Source: Patellaria atrata CBS 101060 (lineage: Eukaryota). Taken from it: a stretch of DNA of 64,000 nt. A program made the translations under genes and the position numbers. The stretch is from the NCBI GenBank assembly GCA_010093705.1, contig MU006097.1, positions 906,715-970,714 on the forward strand. The letters are read 5' to 3'. Below are positions 22,436 through 35,255 of this stretch, piece after piece; position 1 is the first letter of the stretch, and every line of letters begins with the position of its first letter. The notes below the pieces were generated by a model, which saw only the letters and a list, made by a program, of their open reading frames with translations, did no database searches and was not told the DNA's origin.

Positions 22436-24376
22436 CTAGAAGGCCTCGCTTAACCCTAACAAAAATTCGCTCAAACCGTATGCTCCCGGATCTGGTACTT
22501 CCTGCCATCCTTCGCCACCAACATACACTGTCCGACCTAATTTGGCCCTCATCCCTTTTGTCTTTTGGGCTCCTTCCGCAGCTGACTCCGCGGCAGATTT
22601 GATGTCGGATGTTTTAGAAAGAGTTTCAATAAAGGGATGTAAAGCATCCATCAATGTCCTGTCGCCCGGTTTTGCTGGAGTGTATTTGCTCAACGACTCT
22701 AGTGATGATTGCAATGCTTTCGACCACGTCTGAATTGTGACTGGTATAGGTGATGATGAAGATTGGGTGCGGAGACCGTACGCAAGCGCGTTCAAAAAGA
22801 TAGCGTAGAGTGCACCAGAAGTTCCGTCCATGTGCGATTCCACCTCTTGCGTGATTCTGTCAAGAAATATCGCAGCATCGCCAGGGACTTGTTTATTCTC
22901 TAACAAAGTAGCAATAGCTAAACGAGATCAATTAGCATCGATGAACGGATCGAGCGTAAAATATACCATACCCTCGGCTCCGCGTTTCAGACCTGTCCCA
23001 CAGTCACCATCTCCGACCACTGTATCATATCTCGTAACCTCCGGCTCCGCCTTGATGAGTCTCTGTAAACCGGCGTTAAGAATCCTCTTTGCGAATTCAG
23101 AATCCACTAGGAAAATGTTAGCGTACTCTCTATTGAGCACCAACCTCAACCCACATTGTAGATTGCTCGGCTTAGCTTCCTCAGTCATTGTGATCTGCTC
23201 CTCCTTCCCCGTTTCCTCCCTCCTCTTCCACGTACTGGTTGAAACCGGTGCAGACCATCCCAAAGCTTCAGCTGGGGCATCCAAAAGTTCCAGCATTGAG
23301 AGACCTAACCCTCCTAAACCCAAATCCGCAATCTTCAACAGTGAAATACTGAACCCCATGCCGTTCAGACTCGTCATAAAAGTCCCCGCCAGTATTCTAA
23401 CCGGCTTGATATTCCAATCCCCCTCAAGTTGCCCCAGCACCACCGCTACGATTCCACTCATCTCTAACACACTAACACCACCTAGATTGTTAACCAATAG
23501 GACCGTCTCATCTTCTCCGCTGATATTTAGGAACGCTCGATCCTCGTCACTTTGGTCCAGCAGATGCTTCAACATCGTCTGCACCAAAGCTACCAAGTCC
23601 GCCGTCTTCCTTTCAGAACCAGGTTCATTATGGATCCCCATGCCAACCTCGACCTCGCCCTCCGCGACGCCATCCTCATCCCCCTCACCCTTCTCTCGTC
23701 CCGGTACATGCACATGTGCTAAACTCGCCCCAATAGACACCAGATTCGCCGCCACTGTTTCTGCAACCCTCCTCACCTCTTCCAAGCTCCCCCCCTTCTC
23801 CGCCGCCGCTGCCGCAATCTTAAGCACCAAACACGTCCCCGCGATCCCCCTCCTCCCCACCTTCCCCCCTTGGCCCCTCCCCACCCCGACATCGTCTCCC
23901 ACCACGACCATTTCGACCTGCAAACCAAGTGCCCGCGCCTTCTCGACCCCCATGCCGAAATTCAGCACGTCGCCTGTATAGTTCATCACGACGACGAGGA
24001 CCCCTTTCTCCCGGGGGACGCGGTGGAGCAGCGCATGTCTTACCTGCGCCGCGGACGGGGAGGCGAAGATTGTACCGGCAACGGCGGCGGTGAGGAGGCC
24101 CTGGCCCACGAAGGAGGAGAAGGAGGGTTCGTGGCCCGATCCGCCACCGGAGAGAAGCGAGACGGTTGCGGGCGAGGCGGGTAGGGGACGCAGGTAGATG
24201 GTCTTGTTCGCGGAGTCGAGGAGCAAGGAGGGGTTGAGGAGGGGGAGGGAGGAGAGGGCGGTATGGACGAGATGCGTGGGATCGTGGAGGAAGTGTTTTG
24301 CTATCGAGAGGTCATGGTTAGGTATGGATTTGGCTATTGGGAGAGGAGGGTCTGGGTTGAGATGCGTACATGACAT
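22436..24376 (-). CDS. DAK1: Dihydroxyacetone kinase (Dak1 + Dak2 domains); exons 24376-24370, 24300-23155, 23106-22972, 22917-22436
   Basis: SGGGSGHEP, IFASPS, NYTGDVLNFG, VGRRGIAG, GMGIHNEPG, DTVVGDGDCG, MDGTSGALY, GDRTLMDAL, PDPGAYG. Introns of 69, 48 and 54 nt. Confidence 0.96.
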
Positions 24377-24538
24377 TTGGTATCGCTTTATCTGCTACTG
24401 CTGTGTGAAGTTAAAGCTGGAAGTCCTGGCATTCACGGCTTGAAGTTCAGTACGGAGCATATTATATCACTTTAGTTCTACATATGTTTGCTCCCTGATT
24501 ACCTGCATGAACTCACGTTCCAGGCAAGCTTTCATGGT

Positions 24539-24586
24539 GTGGGGTCGATGCGGGGCAGCTCCCTTTCCGTATTGGAGCTTCCCCGG
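24539..24586. promoter_or_regulatory. Cluster of three CreA/Mig1-type SYGGRG sites upstream of DAK1
   Basis: GTGGGG 24539-24544, GCGGGG 24550-24555, CCCCGG 24581-24586, 160-210 bp upstream of the ATG. TATA-like TATAAT on the minus strand near 24461-24466. Confidence 0.4.
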
Positions 24587-25286
24587 CATCGGTATCAACA
24601 TCCGTTAATCATTCGCTGACCGATTTGTACAGTTTCAGTACACCGGCCATTATCATTTAGGGTACACCGGTAATATGGGGTCTATATGTCCCCTTTCGAG
24701 GTATTCCTATCCTTTCATATACTCATATTCAAAAACACCTTCGACATAGAAGTATAACCAGATGGTGTGCTGTGGTAGAGTCATGATTCCAAATACGACT
24801 TTATGTGTTCGGGGAATGTATAGTGCATAGGGATACCGGGAGGGAAATGAGAGGTAATATTGCAAAGTTCAAAATGACATTAGAAGCACTCAGCCTGTAT
24901 ATGTAGAAGACCAAGTACTTAATCGATCAAAGGAATTCCTCTCATTTGATATCGATCTGCATATGATGCCAAATTTGGTGCACCAACGAAGATCCATCGT
25001 ACAACCCCCACACTCGTCTTCTGTATTCTCGTACGGCCTTATAGTAAGGCCTCATATCCATCTGACATTTGTCAAATTACTCACTATACCTACAAGTTCG
25101 AAGATGTCCGGCCATCCCGTGTTGGTGGTACGGAGAAGGCGTAACAGGCATACTCGTACGCTTTGACGGCACTGGTGCTCTTGGTCTATAATCGTTAGCA
25201 TAGTACGAGCATAAGGACAATTTTCTTACGATATATTGCGCGCACAGGTACTACGCAGTTCAAAAAAGCCAAAGTGATGTTCCGTA

Positions 25287-26679
25287 CTATGTTTCATCAC
25301 CTTCACCCTCTAGAAGAACGTATTCGAGGATATCGCTAAGGGTAAGGACTCCTTCAAGCTTGCCGTGTTCATTCAGAATAACTAGACGATGTACTCTTGA
25401 TCTCCGTATGGTATCAAATATAGTATCAAGCCTGTCTTGTACAGAACATGTGTAGATACCAGAGAAGTCCTAATCCAATATTAGCAATGACAGCCAGTAC
25501 TGGAAACAGAATGCGAACACACATCTGAGCGCTTCAGAAGCGCTTCACCGACATTCAAGGATAGATCCTCGTAATTTCCCCCTTTGATGAGCGTTATGAC
25601 ATCGACCGCTTCGAACACATTGAGCACTGCACCGCCTATGGGAATTAGCTGAGTTATCTTGAATAAGTCATAATCCTAAAAACATACCGTCTCTATCTAG
25701 AATCGGTACACTTGAAATATTCTTCTTTACCAGCATGTGTATTACATCCATGACTGGCGTATCCATATATGCCGTAGCCAGGCCAGTGTATGTTCCGACG
25801 TTCAGCTCTTTAAGAGGCTTCTTGAGGAGTTGGGTCTCCTTGACATTCACAGCGACGAACTTAAGGATTCTGTATTGTGTAACTACACTCACCACCATAG
25901 AGCGGTTCGTTTCGTCGTCAACATCCACTAGAGGGATTCTTCTGGCTCGGGACTCCAGCATGCGTCTACACGCCTCGTATAGAGGGCGTTCGGGGTGTAT
26001 CGAGACAGTTTCGATTGGTGTGACGCCAAGTGCTCTCTCGATTTCTAACTTCACGTTAGATCAGTCATGCAATGTATTCCTTGTACGATTACCTCTCAAA
26101 CTGCTCAGACGGAACTGATCGACTCTTGACAATGCGTCAGGGTTTTGCCAATAGTACTGAATAACGTTGATATAGTCTGACGTGGTAAGCAATCCCGCAA
26201 AGGTAGACGTATCTGAATCCCATAAAGGAGCAGATACAATCCCTTGGACACATATTAGTCTATGAATCGAGAATTTCCAGGGCTACTTTTAGTCCGCTAT
26301 TTCATACCATTCTGAATAAGTATATTGAGGGACTTCTTGACAAGCAATGACGTATCGAGGATGATGAGTCGAAAACTCAGTGGAAGGACGTCATAACTGG
26401 TGCGCACTTTTAAGAAAGCGCGTATGGCCCGCTACAGATATAAAAGGTCAGCGACAAATGTTCTTCAACATAAATGGGACCACCTACGAGCCCCTCCCGC
26501 TGTTCGATGTCAACTGGCTTTAATGGTTTCGCGGGAGTTGTAGGGCGTGAGTGGCCTAGGGGTCTAAGGTAGCTGGACGGCGTCACAAAAGTTGGGGCGA
26601 TATGACCTTGGGCGATATTATGATGGGGGAGATTGGGCGCGTCATTCGAGCGTAGGTGAGGTTCTGCTGCTTCTGACAT
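25287..26679 (-). CDS. SNF4: AMPK/Snf1 complex gamma subunit (CBS domains); exons 26679-26488, 26431-26308, 26242-26093, 26044-25688, 25635-25523, 25469-25287
   Basis: [88 protein letters not shown]. Five GT-AG introns keep the frame. Confidence 0.96.
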
Positions 26680-27411
26680 TGTGACTTTAAGAAAGCGAGA
26701 AACAAGCCGCTCGAAGCGGTCCTAGTTCTGCAGAGAGATTCCGACACGAGTGAATTCGCCGCTGAAATAGATAAAAGGTAGAACAGGTAGTGAGCTGAGG
26801 TAAAAGTAGGTGGTTGAGTTCACACGTGGGGGACATGGAGAGATGACGGGAGTGGCCTTTGTGGGTTTCTATCGATGCAAAGGTGGGGCTTGATAGAGTT
26901 CTGCAGTAAACAATCACCCGGGGTGAAGAATCTCAGGGCATTTAGGTTTTGTACCTGACAGTAGCTCATATGGATGAGAAATGAATTAATTCCGTTTGAC
27001 AGGTTACGTCAGAAACGTGCAGCTGAAGTGCTGAACCATAACGAGTCCTGATGGTCAATTTTTATTTTCCATCTCAAAGTCCACTCTCGTGTTGCTCACT
27101 CTGCTATAAAGTAAAAATCAACTCGAAAAACCCGCATAGAGTCGAACGAAGGCAACAGGATTTAATGATCCTTATTTGCATGACCTGTAGCTACATGCCG
27201 ACGCCTTCTTCACATGCTCAAATAACCCGCTCGTCGTCAAAGTAACTCATGGAACACATGAAAAAGAAGTACAAAGCAAATAGTATCCCACCAGGACCTA
27301 AGACCACCGTAATGAAAATCCATGCAGCAAAGATGGCCCAGATGAATCGCCGTTATAAGTAGTGGCATAGCTACTTGAGCGTTGAGGTTCGAAATCATAA
27401 GCCCCAAAACT

Positions 27412-29019
27412 TCAGTTCTGTTTGCCTGTTGGTATCGCGCCCTGTGGGTCTAATTCTGGACCCGGCTCAGCTTCTTCCTCCTCCCTGATCATTTCTGAAG
27501 TTGTCTTGTCAAGAGCTTCACCTCCACTTTCATCCAATTGTTTCTTCGCTTGAGATACGATAGAGTCAGCCTCACTGATCCCTCCTTTAGTGCTTGGTGG
27601 ATCACCATCGACACCCATCAGGGGCTGACCCTTGCGTTCCTTCAGTGCTTTGTTGTCGAATCGAACGATCATACAGGAAAGGTTATCGGTGGAGAAGCGA
27701 GCCAATGCGTGGTCAACGAGCTGTTTAGATGCAGCTTGTGCATCATGTGTATTGCGGACAAGGTCGACAGCCTCTTGATCTGTACATACATCCCAGAGCT
27801 AATCATCGAGTTAGCACATGCGTCATTTCGATATAGGAGTAACTTACGCCATCGCACGCCAATATCAAGAACTCGTCCTGATCCGCTTGGATTACAGTTT
27901 CGGTGGTATAAGGATGGCCAGTAACTAAATCTTTCATGTATGAGTCACCCAAGGCTCTAGTAACAGCAAGAACCCCATTCACACGATTGTTGAGAATGAG
28001 ACCGCCCGCATTTGCCACTCGCCTCCCCTCGTTCTCGTCACTACCTTTATGGTCATAAGAAAGCCGCAGGGCTCGTCCGTTACGGCACAGTACAATACGT
28101 GCGTCGCCAACGTTAGCCGTATATAATACCCTCTGGCGTGAGGCTGATTCTCGGAGACGGGCTTCTGTTGCCAAGCCGCTGTCAGCATTTGAGATTGACT
28201 CTTGCTGCTCTTGCGGAGCCTTTATGGCTGCAGCTGTAGCCGGAGCCAGCGAAGAAGATCCGGTTGCAGATTGAGAATTGGGAACCCTGTCTTCCCAACG
28301 AAGGACAGCAATCACTGCGGTACAACCACTGTTCTTCAAAGGTAGCTTTTCCAGTTGCTGGTCCACCTGGGTGAATGTCTGATCTAACAATTCGGGGATG
28401 GGTGTGTTCGGATGTTTACGAATCATATCTTCTAGAAGGACATGGAGCTTTTTACCACACCAGTCCGCGGCAAATGTGCCTGCATGACCATCAAATATTG
28501 CAAAATAACCATTATCCGTCTCCACAACAGGGTGGTTCGTAGAATCGGTAAGGCTAGACGCAGACTCAGACGCGGATGCGGACTTCGCGCTATTAGAGGC
28601 TCCTTCGGAGGTGAGAGACGGTGCTGGAGTGCTCAAGAAGTTGTATAAGTAGGCGTGTGTATCTTCCATAGTCCTGCGACATTTCTTGTTCTTGTCTTCT
28701 GTTACTCCTACCCTGAAGGTAGATCTTGGTCCTGGCACAGACTCGCCCGCAGAATTATTATGTGAACCTTGAGGTACGACCAGAGCGGGATCATTCTTCC
28801 CTAGCTTATGCAATGGTGACTGAGTTCCTTTCTCAGCTGAGTTGATGTTCGTAGGTGAAGAACTATGCATGTGGAAGGATTGTTTCGCGCTTGAGAACAT
28901 GTCTCGAGCTCTAGACACGCCACTGCTTCTTCTTTTCTTTTCGGTGCTTGTGGAAACGTCTTCACTTGATTTTCGACCTACAGGACCGTCTATAGGGCCA
29001 GACTTTTTCTCCGAGTTGA

Positions 29020-29050
<31 letters not shown>

Positions 29051-29149
29051 GGGTATGGTGATATTCGAAGGCTTTTCAGCGTCATTGGCGGAGGGCGAGT
29101 CCACGGCTGTGTCGTCTTCCTTGTCAGGGTTCCCAGAGGAGCCAAACAT
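27412..29149 (-). CDS. PTC1: PP2C protein phosphatase Ptc1; exons 29149-27848, 27798-27412
   Basis: [72 protein letters not shown]. Confidence 0.94.
29020..29050 (-). repeat. (AAC)n microsatellite encoding poly-Asn in PTC1
   Basis: (gtt)n on the plus strand; the protein reads [12 protein letters not shown]. Confidence 0.9.
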
Positions 29150-30703
29150 ACGGTTTAGCAGACCTCCTTGGCCGGAGAAGCTCCTCCGCTTATTTCCTGC
29201 CAGGTTGAAGGATTGTCAGGAGAGTATTGCACCGAAATTGCACACGTGTGGAGTGAATGGGGGCTTGAAAGGCTGCTTCGGCGGGGTTGGATGTTGAGAG
29301 AACTGCGCCGAGAGGTGGCTGACGAGACTGAAGGAAAGGCTGAGGTGTACGGAGTAAGGTATCTATGTGCAGAGAAAAGATCATGTTAGTGACATGACTG
29401 TTGACAGAAATAGACTTTCTGCTGAGATTTATATCTGCAGTATGGCGATCTGGTGCCAGTGAGTAAGGCAAGGTAGTTTGATATGGAAACTAACCGGGAG
29501 GATGGTAATGATTTTCTAATCCGGGGAGAGGATCCGGTGGGTGGTTTGCGGCCAACACAGCCACGAGTACAGGAATTGGGGAGTTCGTGAGGCACGATAG
29601 GCAGCAAATAATAAAGGATGAGTGAGCAAACGGAAATTTTCAGGTGTTTATTTGGTGGGCAATGCAGTAGAAGAACTAGAGAGCGTCAAGGTATGTGTAT
29701 GCCTTGGTTGTATAGATTGTACTATACTGTACAAGAAACACCTAGGTGCGCGGTTAGGAGGACTTGGGGGAGGGGTGCCACTACTGCTTGCCTCTGCCCT
29801 GATGCCCTGCGCCGTCGATCTGCGTCCAGCCAACACAACTTCACCAAGTGCCTACGTACAGCTTTGTGCCCCTCCTGACAACGTCTTGAGAATTTCGTAG
29901 GTTGTAGAGAGTAGAGGAAGTAATACAAAGAGCTATTGATCAAAACCGTACTCAGATCTGGTTTTCATTCAAAGAAATGGGAGCTTCTTGTGTATCTTGT
30001 GGTGTTGATGAGAGATGACGCCCCAAGTCAAGCGCGTAACCAACCCCACGGTGAGGGGTCAAGGTGAGGTCCCGACAAGCCTAAAGGTAACTAACTAATG
30101 ATAAAGAGTTGGAAGCGAGCTTGATCATCACATAAGATAGCTGGGCTCATAGCGCCGTACATGAAGGTAAGATAGGATGGGAGTTGTCACGCTCAGCAAG
30201 AACTCAAGGAAAAGTTTGTAGCATTTGCGGAGCAGTACCGCTTGAGGGATTCTTTACCAAGGTAGCTCTAATAGCTGCAAACTCCAGGATAACCAGAATC
30301 TATCCATAGCGATAGCGCCGGACAAGTACCAATTGCCGTTACTCCAAGATAGGGCCCTTAAATAGCGCCCAAATCATTTCAATAGAGATCACCCTATATT
30401 GTTAGGAGCACCTTAGCTTGCACTATGCTTAACATATAGAGAAATCTGATAGTTTGATGCAGTAAAGAGCTCCGTGTTCGTCAAATCGCTTTCCTACTTT
30501 GATAACAGTACCTGCTCACAGGCTACCAATTGAGCACTTTCAGCACGTATTCCGGTGCCGTGAATATTCTGATGGAGGTCCCTATAAGCAATCTCTCTAT
30601 CTCATCACCACGGAGAATAGTTCATCAAGTCGTAAAATACTCGCCGCAGAGTTAGGACAAAACGTTGTTCCAAGGTAGTACTGGACTTTTGACGTGAATT
30701 TCA

Positions 30704-31614
30704 TCATCTTCTTAGATCGTTGAGTCGTGCTTGGAGGTCGTCGTCTCCAGGATCACCGCCTCCAACGGCTTGTGCGATCCTCCCATCGGATACTGACTGT
30801 TTTTGGAGATCTGAGGGAGCTTCACCAAGCTACAAATGATTAGCATTCTATAAACACGGCGAGCAGTTCCTTCACGAATCAAAGTAGGGAATAGGTTACA
30901 TACCAATTGATTAAGATCCACACCGACCTCATCAAGGACTTGATTCACGACTTCCTCGCTGTCTTCCTCATCTTCTAGGCCAGTAACATCATCTATAGCA
31001 TCATCCATCATTTCCTGCCGTTGGTCCATAATATCGTTTTCTTTTTCAAATTCCATAGCAATTCTCTGGAGTGCGGGAAGGTTCATTTGCCTATTCATAC
31101 TACCCAGTAAAGCTGTTGCCCCTTTCATAGACTGCATCATTTGTTCGTTGCTTCGGACGGTCTAAACGTTCATTAGTATCTCATACGCGTGGGATAAGGG
31201 TTCCAGCACCGACCTGTATTCTCAACGATATGGCCTGTAGTTGTGTTCTCATTTGATAGAACTTCTGGATATATCTACAATAAACCATAAGTAACCATCC
31301 ACAAGGGTGGCATTTGCACATAAAGCTACGACTGAGACTGACCTTCTCGTCCTGACCAGATCTTTTGCCTGTATCTTGACAGCCCCCATTTGCCCATTCT
31401 TAGCGCTTTTCTTTATGTCTTGTACGAGTTTTTTTTCTTGGTTCTCTAGCTTAACTCTTTCCCTATCAAGTTCGCGTTGAGTCTTCTCAAGAGCCCGCTG
31501 ATGTTTCCGTAGTCTCTCCGCAGGCGTCATCCGCTTCCCAAATGCCCATTCTACTATCTATGATGATAATTAGCGGGGAGCGATAGTCTAGTCTTCTGGA
31601 TTCTTTACATTCAT
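30704..31614 (-). CDS. DID4: ESCRT-III subunit Vps2/Did4; exons 31614-31609, 31557-31343, 31274-31214, 31161-30904, 30829-30704
   Basis: MNIVEWAFGKRMTPAERLRKHQRALEKTQRELDRE...AKDLVRTRRYIQKFYQMRTQLQAISLRIQTVRSNEQM; C-terminal MIM1-like DDDLQARLNDLRR*. Confidence 0.96.
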
Positions 31615-31923
31615 AGCGCAAAATGGTTCTTTTAGAATGGAGTTTCGGAGCAAGTAATCCTCTACGTTCCTATTGTACTCTGAGTGCGTTTAAGACAAGA
31701 TATGGGAACTTCGATAGGTTGTACAATTCGTTCGCCGCGCAAGTTTGATCCAACTCGCAAGCGGAGGAAAGCCGGCGCTACCTAGTACGTCCGAGTGCCA
31801 AGGGTCTCCACCTATTCTTTTCCGCATCATCACCTCAATCTCAAAGATTCACCGCCTATCTTTATTGCATTCCCTATCCGACATGCGCACCCTTCATTTG
31901 CGTAGATTCAACACAATTCAAAG

Positions 31924-34900
31924 ATGAATTCGAACGACTACTCAGATCAGGATGCGGATCCCTTCAGAGCGGAGTCGTCCCGACGCGATTCGCCTCCTCA
32001 ACAAAAAGCGCCTCTTCGACCGAATTACATGACAGTGGGTTCAGGTTCAACCTCTGAAAGCGCCGCACGTCTTATGGCAATGATCGATCAAGATTCTGGA
32101 TATGGAGGAAGTGTAGCGGACGGTGAGGGTCTAGCTCGAGGATGGCATCCAGGTATTACAGAGGATCGACCGACTCCCAGCCATACTCCAGTTCTTCCGG
32201 GAGAGAGCAGTGCTGAGTGTATGTATCCAATCGAAAAGAAGACTTTATGTATAAACTTGGACTAACAAAGTTTCAACAGCCGAGAATGAGAGGAGAGTCT
32301 TCGCTAGCCATGTTCATCAACTGTTCTAGTGAGTCTTTTTGTTGTCATCAAATTGCACTCATTGGCTAATTATACATGTTACAGCAACCAGAATAAGAAT
32401 GCTCTGAATCGTGCAATTGGCCAGACTGTCGAAGTTTTAAAGAACCTCCAAAAGAAGAACTCAGAATGGCCTGCTCACTACCCATCAGTCCAACGTCCTA
32501 CAGATCATTCTTCTGTCCCACATGCGGACCCTCGGCCAGGTTTACATCATACCCAATCTACTCTAGACAATCATTATGGGCTGGATCAATCACCTACAAG
32601 CAGACCTACCCCTCCACGTCGCGCTGGCACAACCGTTGGAGCAGCTCATTCTCAAGCAGAATCAAGTTCCGCAGCCGCTCAAACCGCTATTCCGGAACCA
32701 CGACTAATTACGCCACAGCTCTCCCAGGAATTCTCTGTACTTAAGATCGACTTGAAGATGGGCAACTTGTCCCAAGCAGAGCTCGTTCATTCTCTAGAAA
32801 AGCATTCCATCGCAGCTCTACTCGATGGCCAAATCAAACAGAGCGTCCGACACCTCTATTCACTACGAGAACGGATTGAAGATATATCGAGCAAAGTACT
32901 CGTAACGGGTGACCTCAACGCTGGAAAGTCAACGTTCTGTAACGCTCTGTTGCGTCGCAAAGTACTCCCTGAAGATCAGCAACCATGTACGAGTATATTT
33001 TGCGAGGTTCTAGATGCAAGAGAAAATGATAATATCGAAGAAGTGCACGTGATACCTAAACGGGTAGCACGGTACAATCGAGATGATGAGCGTACTTTCG
33101 AAGTACATCCATTGTCAGATTTGGAGAAAATTGTGACGGATAGTGACCGCTATTCGCAATGTAAAATTTACATCAAGGATATACGAGGCCTTGATGAGTC
33201 TCTCCTAAATAATGGAGTTGTGGATATCGCTCTCATCGACGCTCCAGGTTTGAACGCTGATTCCGTCCTAACAACAGCAGTATTTGCGAGACAAGAGGAA
33301 ATAGACGTTGTAGTCTTCGTAGTGTCGGCTGCTAATCATTTTACTCAATCTGCGAAGGAGTTCATTTTCAATGCTGCCCGAGAGAAAGCATACATTTTCA
33401 TGGTTGTCAATGGGTTTGACAATATTCGGGATAAGAATCGATGCCAAGAGATGATTCTCAAACAAGTCGCTGGACTAAGTCCCGCTACATTCAAAGAGTC
33501 GTCAGAACTAGTGCATTTCGTTTCCAGCAACGCAATCCCCGTGGCTCCTGCAGAGCTTAACAGGCCTGGAGGAGTCGATGGATCATCATCGGGGTCTGGC
33601 CCTGGGTTTGAGGATCCGGGTGATGACCCAGATGGCGATGATGACGAACCAAAGGGGAAACATGGCGATTCAGGATCTCCTATTACCGGTAAAGGCAAAG
33701 GAAAAGAGAAAGAGCGGGAGAAAATTCATGCCTTTGAAGAACTCGAAGCTTCTTTGCGAAGATTTGTGCTCGAAAAGCGCTCACGGTCTAAACTTGCCCC
33801 GGCGAAGACATATCTCATGCACCTACTCGGAGACCTGCATAGCCTCGCGACAGTCAATAGGGATGTTGCACAAGCAGAACTGGACCGGGTGACTAAGGAT
33901 CTTTCTGAGATAGAACCCGCGTACGAAAAGTCGAGGAAAGTAAGAGCTGAAGCTGGGGAAAAGGTCGATAGTACCGTTGAAGATACAGCATCTGAGGTTT
34001 ACAAATTCACACGCGATACTCTCAATTCGTCCATTGCTCGAGTTGCAGAGGAAGATTTAGGTGTACCTTATCCAGGTCTATTCAGCGTATACGACTATGC
34101 CGAAGATATCAAGTCTGCGATGATAGAGATCATTGCGGAAAAGGTAGAATTCTGCGAAGAGCATGCTCGTGGAAGGATCGGTGATGGTTTCAGTGCCATA
34201 AAATCTCTTGGTCTCTTACATTTAGGTGACAGCTTCGCCCACGTCTCGATTCAACCTCAGCAAATTTATCGGCGTAAGAAGGATGCTCTAGCTCGCTACA
34301 TCGATCTTGAGGTCGAGACCTGGGATTTCTTCGATGTGTCAAGTCTCTGGGAACGTCAGGAGAAAGTTGCAGGCACAAGTATGGCTCTTACAGTTGCTGG
34401 TGTGGTTGGTGGACGTCTGGTTGGTGGGGTTGGCTGGTTGGATGGAACATTGGGCGCTGTGAGAATTGTGGGAGCGAATAATCTGCGCAGGCTCATTATC
34501 CCTGGCCTTATTGCGGGAGGTATGTTTCGCTCTACCTTTATTTACGTTGTGAATTTACTAACAGCTGTAGTTGTTCTTGGTGTCTCCTACGCCCTCTCAT
34601 CGATCCCACAGTCTTTACCGCGCCGTCTCAATGCTAAGCTTTCGACTCAGCTAGCCGCTCTCGATTATACACACTCGAATGCTCTCCGTATTAGCTCCGA
34701 AGTACGAAGAGCTTTGAAGTTCCCCGGTGATTATCTTCGCGTTGGCTTGCAGCGTAATATTGAGAAACTCCAGGGGAAAAAACAGGAAACAAGTCAGCTC
34801 AAAGAAGAGTCTGAGGTTGCTAGGAAGTACTTTTCTAACCTAATTCGAGAAAGCGAAAGAATTAGAACGGCGGTGACAAGCGTCGACCTGGAAGGGCCAT

Positions 34901-34932
34901 CACCTGGAATTGCTGCTGCGTACAGCTCCTGA
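31924..34932 (+). CDS. FZO1: Mitofusin (mitochondrial fusion GTPase); exons 31924-32218, 32280-32328, 32385-34519, 34571-34932
   Basis: KVLVTGDLNAGKSTFCNALLRRKVLPEDQQPCT, IDAPGLN, ARQEEIDVVVFVV, FVLEKRSRSKLAPAKTYL; C-terminal hydrophobic segments and heptad region. Confidence 0.95.
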
Positions 34933-35255
34933 TCATGTGGAATGAGGCGTCTGGGAAGCATTTACATGGCTGGGATGTGCAAGGCGTTGGTGGAATACAA
35001 ATTACGACTTACTAGGAACTACCCTCTCTTGTTTTGGATTAGAGATTCCCTGAAACGTGTCCGTTTTTCCCTCACTTGTTTGTAGGTACATACGAATCAA
35101 TCATTCCAGTACTTGATCACGTCTCTAGTGGTCAATGATAGAATTTCTCTATTATGCTACTAGGATCTACTCAGATATGCACTCCTATTCCCACGCCTAG
35201 TATTTGGTCTCCATGGAAATGCACAGAATACTACAAAAAAAACTTTCTAGGAGCT

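Noticed and set aside
22830..23981. 383-aa plus-strand ORF antisense to DAK1
   Set aside because: S/P/T-rich shadow frame explained by the codon bias of DAK1 and its 3n introns; no recognisable motif.
27380..27400. GGTTCGAAAT, resembling a tRNA T-loop/B box
   Set aside because: No cloverleaf or A box; it lies in the PTC1 3' region.
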